Shown here piece by piece: positions 57,699-64,000 of a stretch of DNA of 64,000 bases. The position numbers and the translations under genes were made by a program. The notes under the pieces are model-generated. The model was given only the letters and a program-made list of their open reading frames with translations, searched no databases and had not been told where the DNA came from. Source of the stretch: an uncultured Dehalococcoidales bacterium (GTDB taxonomy: Bacteria > Chloroflexota > Dehalococcoidia > GIF9 > UBA5629); NCBI GenBank assembly GCA_964605885.1, contig CAZSED010000001.1, positions 70,428-134,427 on the forward strand, written 5' to 3'. Each line of letters opens with the position of its first letter. Position 1 is the stretch's first letter.

Positions 57699-59000
57699 TT
57701 ATTGCTTGGAGGATACCGCAATGGAAGAACAGTAGATGCTGGGCGTGTTGACATAGCCGGCTATCCAGCGTGCATCATTGCCGATGGCAACGATATTCTT
57801 GAGCAGCTCGTAGACATTGCCGTATACCATGGTGTCTTTCACCCGGCCCGTTATATTGCCGTTTTCAACTTTATAGCCCAGCAGGACGTTGCCGCTGAAA
57901 TCGCCGTTAAGTATGTTGCCTTGCTCAGCGCCCATCAGTTGCTCGATGATTATGCCTTCTTTTATATCTTTTAACATGTCATCCGGTGGAGCCTGGCCGG
58001 GGTCTATCACCAGCGCATGCGTCGAAGGCGAAGGCATGCCGCCGCTGCGGTTGCCGTTGCCCGTGCTGGCCGTGCCGGCCAGTGCAGCAGTGTGCAGATC
58101 ATAGTAAAACTGCTTAACTACACCTTTATCAACCAGCGTGTTCCTGCGTGCCGGCACCCCTTCATCGTCAAATGGCGTGCTTCCGGGCTGAAAGGGCAGC
58201 GTCGGGTCATCGCGAAACGAGAAACGTTGGTCAAATATCTTCTGTCCCTTCTTGTCTCTCAGGGGAGACGCACCATCCAGGACCGTTTTCCCGTTGAAGG
58301 CGGAAATGAGGGGCGCAAGCAGTGCGCCGGCTACTCCAAACGGGGTGAATATTGCAGGCAGAGAACCTGAGCGTATCGTAGCGTTGTTTCTGGCAAGCTC
58401 CAGCTGACGCGTAATTTCAGTGATGACAGGCTTGTGTTCGGTTATGGGCCGGCATGAGCTGCATATGTCTCCCACGTAAAGGATATCCCCGTCCCGCACC
58501 AGCTGCCCGTCCATGCTGATGCTGTAGGCCGTTCGCTTGTATCCCGCCCGGCCGCCGGATGTATTGGCGATGGCAATTTCCGCCGTGCCCCTGGAAACGC
58601 CCCCCTCGCATAGTATGCCGGGTGTATGGGAGCAGACGGCATCAATGATGGCCTGGCCCAGGCCGACCATGTCATCCAGCTTTATTTTCTCCACGGCGGG
58701 ATCATATATGTCCAATTTATCAAAGGACCTCAAAGGAGGGAACTGGAAGTCAATTTTAAATCCGAACTCGCTGGTTTCAAGGGCCATGTCCACCAGTTCC
58801 TGCGGTTTGATCGGGCCGCTGGCCTGTGCAAAGCCCATGCGGCCGTTTTTGGTAACTCGCAGGGCGGTAGCCACCGCCTCCTTGGTCTGTATCTGTTTCA
58901 GGCGGTTGGCTTCGAACTGGACCGGTGTCCTTTTAGATACCAGGTGGAAGACCTCAGCGCTTTCACAAGCTTTACGCGCTATTTCCAGTATCTCTTCCAA
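57699..59000 (-). CDS. pmbA: TldE/PmbA family metalloprotease subunit
   Basis: TldD/PmbA fold without the HExxxH motif. TTG start immediately after the tldD stop, with RBS GGAGGT inside tldD. Confidence 0.8.
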   Translation of the reverse strand: MEEILEIARKACESAEVFHLVSKRTPVQFEANRLKQIQTKEAVATALRVTKNGRMGFAQASGPIKPQELVDMALETSEFGFKIDFQFPPLRSFDKLDIYDPAVEKIKLDDMVGLGQAIIDAVCSHTPGILCEGGVSRGTAEIAIANTSGGRAGYKRTAYSISMDGQLVRDGDILYVGDICSSCRPITEHKPVITEITRQLELARNNATIRSGSLPAIFTPFGVAGALLAPLISAFNGKTVLDGASPLRDKKGQKIFDQRFSFRDDPTLPFQPGSTPFDDEGVPARRNTLVDKGVVKQFYYDLHTAALAGTASTGNGNRSGGMPSPSTHALVIDPGQAPPDDMLKDIKEGIIIEQLMGAEQGNILNGDFSGNVLLGYKVENGNITGRVKDTMVYGNVYELLKNIVAIGNDARWIAGYVNTPSIYCSSIAVSSKQ

Positions 59001-60359
59001 TCACTTACCTCCGACCAGGCAGCTCCTGATCCTGATGTGCGGGCTTCCGTTGGAAACAGGCAGGGGAGACTGGCCTGCCTTGCCGCAGCCGCCTCCCTGG
59101 TTCATATCCAGGTCGTTGCCTATGGCATCAATATTGTCCAGCGTGCTGAATACGTTCCCGGTCAGGACCACCGGCTTGACCATCTCGGCTATCCTGCCGT
59201 TCCTGATCATATAGGCTTCACCGGCCGAAAAAGTGAACATCTCCAGGCTGGTGGTGCCGCCGTACCATTCCCTGGCGTACATACCCTCCTTTATGTCGCC
59301 GATCATATCCTCAAAAGTAGTATTGCCGGGTTCTATGTATGTGTTGGTCATGCGGACGATGGGAGGATACTGGTAGTTGATGGCGCGGGCGTTTCCCGTC
59401 GGCTTTTCATTCATCTTGGCTGCGGTCTCCCTGGAGTGCAGCCTGCTGTTGAGCACGCCTTCTTTAATCAGGTATGTCTTGGTGGCCGGCGTGCCCTCAT
59501 CATCGTACTTATAACTGCCGCGCAGCCCCGGTACCGCCGCTCCGTCGACGATGTTGAGGTGCTTCCCGCCGAACCGCTTGCCCAAAACCATGATCTCCCG
59601 CAGTTGCTGGTTCTCATAAATATGGTCGGCTTCCGAAAGATGGCCGAAGGCTTCATGCACAAAGACGCCTGCCAGCACGGGATCGAGCACAACTGTGTAG
59701 TTGCCGCCTTGCACCTGCGGCGCCGACAGCAGGGCTACGGCACGTTTGGCGATCTCTTTCACCCGGTCATGCAGGTTCTCCACAACGGAGAAATCGCCTT
59801 TACTGCCTATGCTCACTCCGACCTGCTGCACATCGCCGTCGCTGCTGGCAATGGCGCTCAGCCTGAGGTTGACGTCGATGCGGCTCTGACCGATGAAGGC
59901 GCCGTCCGTATTGGCCAGTGTGACTGTTTTCCTGCTGTCCGTGTAGCCGATACTGGTGGTCTGTACGCCGGAAGTACCCAGCATCAACTTATTATATTCA
60001 TCCAGGATGGCCTTTTTCGTCGATAGGGGAATATCTAAGGGATTCTTGCCGTAGGCGGCTTCTACCCGGTCGTCGACGGCTGCCACCTGGCTGAATTTGC
60101 TCTCTTCCCGGCCGACTTGCCTGGCCTGTTCGACAGCTATTGCTACGTGGTCACCGAGGTTATCCAGGCTGTTAAAGCTGACAAAGCCCCAGCCGCCTTT
60201 CACCAGAGCCCGGACATTTCCGCCCGTGCTGGAGCTCCTTCCCGCTTCTTCAAGCCTCTCACCACGATATACGAGCCGGCTTGAGTTGCTGTTTTCCAGA
60301 CGTATCTCGATATAGTCCGCCTGCCGCCCTTTCAGAGCAGAGAAAAGTATGTCTCGCAT
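59001..60359 (-). CDS. tldD: TldD metalloprotease
   Basis: HEAFGHLSE zinc motif. 452 aa. Confidence 0.9.
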   Translation of the reverse strand: MRDILFSALKGRQADYIEIRLENSNSSRLVYRGERLEEAGRSSSTGGNVRALVKGGWGFVSFNSLDNLGDHVAIAVEQARQVGREESKFSQVAAVDDRVEAAYGKNPLDIPLSTKKAILDEYNKLMLGTSGVQTTSIGYTDSRKTVTLANTDGAFIGQSRIDVNLRLSAIASSDGDVQQVGVSIGSKGDFSVVENLHDRVKEIAKRAVALLSAPQVQGGNYTVVLDPVLAGVFVHEAFGHLSEADHIYENQQLREIMVLGKRFGGKHLNIVDGAAVPGLRGSYKYDDEGTPATKTYLIKEGVLNSRLHSRETAAKMNEKPTGNARAINYQYPPIVRMTNTYIEPGNTTFEDMIGDIKEGMYAREWYGGTTSLEMFTFSAGEAYMIRNGRIAEMVKPVVLTGNVFSTLDNIDAIGNDLDMNQGGGCGKAGQSPLPVSNGSPHIRIRSCLVGGK

Positions 60360-60513
60360 GCCCTCGTCCGATAAACAATTGTAGCAAATAAGTTATGACA
60401 ACATGAAAGAGCCCATCCCACAACCGAAAAATAGTGAAAATTACTAATTGACAGCCTCCCAGGCCGGTTATATCATGGCTGAGTTGTAGACGCCCGGCAC
60501 GGGGAAGGTTATC

Positions 60514-61428
60514 ATGATTTTCCAGGCTATCATACTCGCTGTATTACTGCTGTCTGCTGTCAACCTGCTGTTAAATCTGGCCCTTTTAAAACGGCCCTCC
60601 AAATCCAGCAGGCGGCTGCAGTCCGCCCCCTTCGTTTCCGTGCTGGTGCCAGCCAGAAACGAGGAAAAGAACATCAGGGCCTGCCTGAGCTCTCTGCAGC
60701 AGCAGGACTACCCTGACTATGAAATTGTCGTGCTGGATGACAGTTCCTCCGATGCCACTGCTGCCATTGTTGCACAAATTGAGGCCGTCGACGCCAGGGT
60801 GCGGCTGCTGAGAGGCAAGCCGCTGCCGGCCGGATGGGCTGGCAAGCCCTATGCCTGCCACCAGCTGGCGCAGGCTGCCCGTGGCTCGTGGTTCCTTTTT
60901 ACAGATGCCGATACTATTCACGAACCGCATATGCTACGCAGCGTGATCAGCCTTGCGGTCGAGGAGAAACTCTCCCTGCTCTCCGGCATGCCCCGGCAGC
61001 TTATGTCGGGCCTGCCGCAGATGATAGTTATGCCTTTCATGTATTTCATCCTTTTGACCATGTTCCCTATCTGGTTTCTCAACCATACACGAAGGCCATG
61101 GCCTACGCTTGCCATAGGGCAATTCATGCTTTTCCCCAGGGAGGAATACTGGAGAGTCGGCGGACATGAAGCCGTCAAGACCAGGATAATTGAAGACGTC
61201 TGGTTCGGCGCCGGGATCAAAAGGGCCGGCGGCCGTTTCATCTGTGCTGACCTGTCACAGGTCATGTCCACAGACATGTACCACAATGTTCCTTCCATGA
61301 TTGAGGGCTGGGGAAAATGGTTTTACTCGGTGATCGCCATGTCGCCGCTGCTGCTTTTCGGACTGTTTGCCATAGTTTACTTCATCTTCCTGGCGCCATT
61401 TTTCTGGCTGGCAAACGGGTTGATGTAG
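60514..61428 (+). CDS. glycosyltransferase family 2 (catalytic part), terminated by in-frame TAG 61426-61428
   Basis: VSVLVPARNEE...VVLDDSSSD and DAD motifs of GT-A/GT2. Confidence 0.75.
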   Translation: MIFQAIILAVLLLSAVNLLLNLALLKRPSKSSRRLQSAPFVSVLVPARNEEKNIRACLSSLQQQDYPDYEIVVLDDSSSDATAAIVAQIEAVDARVRLLRGKPLPAGWAGKPYACHQLAQAARGSWFLFTDADTIHEPHMLRSVISLAVEEKLSLLSGMPRQLMSGLPQMIVMPFMYFILLTMFPIWFLNHTRRPWPTLAIGQFMLFPREEYWRVGGHEAVKTRIIEDVWFGAGIKRAGGRFICADLSQVMSTDMYHNVPSMIEGWGKWFYSVIAMSPLLLFGLFAIVYFIFLAPFFWLANGLM

Positions 61429-61665
61429 GAAACAGGGCTTGCGGAATGGACGTTGCTGGCCCTGGCCCAGGTGCTGGTGGTGCTGGTTATGCGCTGGTCG
61501 GTCGATCATCGTTTCCGGGAGCCGGCCGTCTCATTCATCTTCCACCCACTCGGCGTATCATTTCTGATACTGGTGGCGCTGTACACCGCGGCACGCACAG
61601 CTTTAGGGGCCGGCATAGCCTGGAAAGACCGTCTTTACGACAGCAGATCCAACATAAAATAGGCC
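61429..61665 (+). other. in-frame continuation of the GT2 ORF after the TAG, encoding two C-terminal TM helices (likely a pseudogene or readthrough tail)
   Basis: Same frame as 60514-61428. ORF 61453-61662 sits in this frame, and the hydrophobic tail is typical of membrane GT2 enzymes. Confidence 0.4.
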
Positions 61666-61770
61666 TGCCGCACCTTTCCTCTTTGCTGCATTGACATAAA
61701 CAGTATTCTTTTAAATCTGTATAGACTTTCCGGAACCGGCCATTATATACTTTCACCGGGAGGTAAGAGC

Positions 61771-62022
61771 ATGCAGTCCAGCCTCATAGGAAAGATTGAA
61801 AAAGCCAAGCGTTACGCCCAGGAACCCGAACGTGTCACCATCACAAATTTTTCCGCAGAATTCAGGGGTGAGAACGACAGCCACATCCTGGGGTTAAGGG
61901 AAGGTAAATGGCACTGCAACTGTCATTTTTTCTCTCAGTGGGGCGAATGTGTGCACATCATGACCCTCCAGCGCCTGCTCGGAAAAATGATTCCGTCAGA
62001 TGATTCCACGACGCTGGAATAG
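61771..62022 (+). CDS. SWIM zinc-finger domain protein
   Basis: CNCHFFSQWGECVHIM gives a CxCx(n)CxH motif. RBS GGGAGG. Confidence 0.6.
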   Translation: MQSSLIGKIEKAKRYAQEPERVTITNFSAEFRGENDSHILGLREGKWHCNCHFFSQWGECVHIMTLQRLLGKMIPSDDSTTLE

Positions 62023-62026
62023 TCCG

Positions 62027-63373
62027 CTAGCGCCGGGGGTTGCCGGAGCGGGACATCTGTAACCTTATTTGTGCCAGTATGTCCGCGGCCAGGAACAGCG
62101 ATCCCGTAGCCAGTATTAAATCGTTCCTGCCTGCCTGTACCAGAGCTGCTTGCAACGCCTGCGCCGGATCCCTGGCCGTCCTCACTGCCAGACCGGCCTG
62201 GCTGAATATCGGCAAGAGGTCATCTATCTTGGCCGCTCTCTCATGGCTCGATCTGGCGAGAATAACCTGGTCCGCAAAGCCGTGCATTTCCCGTGCCATG
62301 CCCGATATATCCTTGTCCAGTGAAGCTCCGAAAATCACTACGGCGCGGCCGAAGGTGAAATGCTTGCGAATCGCCTCGATTATTTTTCTGATTGAATATG
62401 CATTGTGTGCGCCGTCGGCTATGACCAGCGGATGTCGTCTCAATACCTGTAACCTGGCGGGCCACTTCACCCTTTCAATACCGCGCCGCATGTCCGCATA
62501 GCTGATTTTTGCCCCCTTGGCTTTCAGCACCTCCAGCGCGGCAATGGCCAGGGCGGCATTCTCGAGCTGGAAATCGCCGATAAGGGGCACATTCAACCTG
62601 TACGTACCGAGCAGGCCCTTGATGTTGGCTGTCTGACCTTTCCAGCTGCCCTTCACAAGTTTCCAGGTTATAGCTTTACCGGTTTCGATTAATTTCACGC
62701 GGGCCGACCTGCATTTATTTTTGATTACCTCCGCGGCCTCCGGCGGCTGCGGCGCCGATATCACGGTACAGCCCGGCTTGATGATGCCGGCCTTCTCTGC
62801 AGCTATTAAGGACAGGGTGTTGCCCAGCACCTGTGTATGGTCCAGGCTGATGGAGGTGATAATGCAGGCTTCGGGATTAACTACGTTGGTGGCGTCAAGC
62901 CTTCCTCCCATGCCGGTTTCGAGCACCATGAAATCGGCATGTCTCTGCCGGAAATATAGCAGTGACATGGCAGTCAGCGCCTCAAAGGTGGTTAGCTTTC
63001 CGAAGCGGGATTCCCGGTTGATTGCTCTTACTTTTTCTTCAACGGAGGTAACGAGGCGGGAGAAACTCTGTTCCGTAATATGACGGCCGTTGATGGCTAT
63101 CCTCTCGCGCCAGGAAAAAAGGTGTGGAGAAGTAAACAGACCGGTCCTGTAGCCAGCAGCCTGGAGTACAGAGGCTATCATGGCTGCCGTGCTGCCCTTT
63201 CCCTTGGTGCCGGCTACATGGACTGCCCGCATCCCCTTATGCGGGTTGCCCAGCAGCTCTAAAAGCAGCTCAACCCGCCTCAGGTCATAGTTGGCCGCGC
63301 CATAGGCTACAGAAGGGCTTTTTTCATAATCAGTCAGGCCCTGTAGAAATTCTTCGGCCCGGGAATAATTCAT
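62027..63373 (-). CDS. folC: bifunctional folylpolyglutamate synthase / dihydrofolate synthase
   Basis: VHVAGTKGKGST P-loop and a Mur ligase fold. Confidence 0.9.
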   Translation of the reverse strand: MNYSRAEEFLQGLTDYEKSPSVAYGAANYDLRRVELLLELLGNPHKGMRAVHVAGTKGKGSTAAMIASVLQAAGYRTGLFTSPHLFSWRERIAINGRHITEQSFSRLVTSVEEKVRAINRESRFGKLTTFEALTAMSLLYFRQRHADFMVLETGMGGRLDATNVVNPEACIITSISLDHTQVLGNTLSLIAAEKAGIIKPGCTVISAPQPPEAAEVIKNKCRSARVKLIETGKAITWKLVKGSWKGQTANIKGLLGTYRLNVPLIGDFQLENAALAIAALEVLKAKGAKISYADMRRGIERVKWPARLQVLRRHPLVIADGAHNAYSIRKIIEAIRKHFTFGRAVVIFGASLDKDISGMAREMHGFADQVILARSSHERAAKIDDLLPIFSQAGLAVRTARDPAQALQAALVQAGRNDLILATGSLFLAADILAQIRLQMSRSGNPRR

Positions 63374-63421
63374 ATCAATGAGAATTATAACATTGGAACT
63401 GCCTGAATAACGCCATCGATG

Positions 63422-64000
63422 TTACGGTTTAACTGTGCGAGGCATGGCGCGTCCTTTCCATACGGCCTTGCCCTGGTAAGTAAGAACCATTGAACCCACC
63501 GCTATTACGATCATAATGATGGCGCTCACCGGGTAGACAACCAGCAGATAAGAGGGGAACTGGAAGCGGTGGTTGTTCACCCACCACAGGAACAGGCAAA
63601 GCAAGACGGCTATGCCAGCCGTGGCCGTGGCTTCAAATGGGATATTGGGCTGTGCCAGCCCGATTCCCAGCACAACGAGCGGGCTGATGAAGACCATCAG
63701 AACGACCAGGTACATGGCCGTCAGCAGCAGGGGGTCAAAGTTGAAAGAGGCAAAATTGCTCTTGGTCAGCCCGTGCCAGGTCTCGTCCAGGTTATGGTAC
63801 ATGCGGCAGAAGACCTGCCCGTTGCCATCCAGCAGTCTGTAGCACAGGCCCATGCTGTGTATGCGCCTGCCTATGGCGATGTCGTCCACGACATTCTGTC
63901 TCACCGCAGCGTAACCACCGGAAGCGAAATACGCCTCCCGGGCGAACAGCAGGAATTGACCAAGGCACGAGAATAACAGAGGGTTGCGTGAGAGCCGGGT
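63422..64000 (-). CDS. glycosyltransferase family 2 with C-terminal TM helices (partial, N-terminus beyond window end)
   Basis: The reading frame is open to the window edge. A GT2 core segment is followed by four TM helices, similar in layout to the 60514-61665 gene. Confidence 0.55.
   Translation of the reverse strand, partial: TRLSRNPLLFSCLGQFLLFAREAYFASGGYAAVRQNVVDDIAIGRRIHSMGLCYRLLDGNGQVFCRMYHNLDETWHGLTKSNFASFNFDPLLLTAMYLVVLMVFISPLVVLGIGLAQPNIPFEATATAGIAVLLCLFLWWVNNHRFQFPSYLLVVYPVSAIIMIVIAVGSMVLTYQGKAVWKGRAMPRTVKP

Noticed and set aside
58626-60026. 466-aa plus-strand ORF
   Set aside because: Antisense to tldD and pmbA, which have the HEAFGH motif and coupled starts. A high-GC artefact.
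61426-61428. Pyrrolysine (UAG) readthrough in the GT2 gene
   Set aside because: There are no pyl genes or methylamine methyltransferase context in the window. Other genes in the window terminate with TAG (e.g. the ABC ATPase at 10411-10413). Nonsense mutation or sequencing error is more parsimonious.

Overview
This 64 kb window looks like a gene-dense chromosomal segment from an anaerobic bacterium with about 58-60% GC. I call about 70 protein genes, one tRNA-Ser(TGA), and several promoters and terminators. I found no CRISPR array, no rRNA and no transposase or integrase.

Housekeeping genes include serS, lysS, greA, folC, speH/speE, tldD/pmbA, queH, trxA, a dCMP deaminase and a two-subunit pyruvate carboxylase.

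Many genes encode Fe-S or cysteine-rich proteins: LutA/LutB-like, a 4-hydroxybutyryl-CoA dehydratase-like enzyme, a B12-radical SAM enzyme, a nitroreductase, an FMN reductase and an Fe-S aldo/keto reductase. MarR-type palindromic operators (TTGTAY...RTACAA) recur at three promoters.

The most unusual region is 41.1-48.4 kb. A tRNA-Ser sits next to a low-GC methyltransferase cassette bounded by about 46-bp direct repeats. Those repeats are fossil 3' ends of a neighbouring tandem array of four paralogous membrane proteins. Each paralog has a cytoplasmic zinc ribbon, a transmembrane helix, FN3-like domains and a C-terminal TlpA-like thioredoxin domain.

Other points of interest: two duplicated small Cys-rich proteins with a conserved promoter architecture; a family 2 glycosyltransferase gene broken by a single in-frame TAG; a kinase plus dCMP-deaminase operon that resembles a split nucleotide-depletion defence module; a repeat-domain lipoprotein with a Tyr/Pro/Gly low-complexity insert; and several secreted or Cys-rich proteins of unknown function.

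All functional calls rest on motif recognition in the supplied translations. I ran no database searches.
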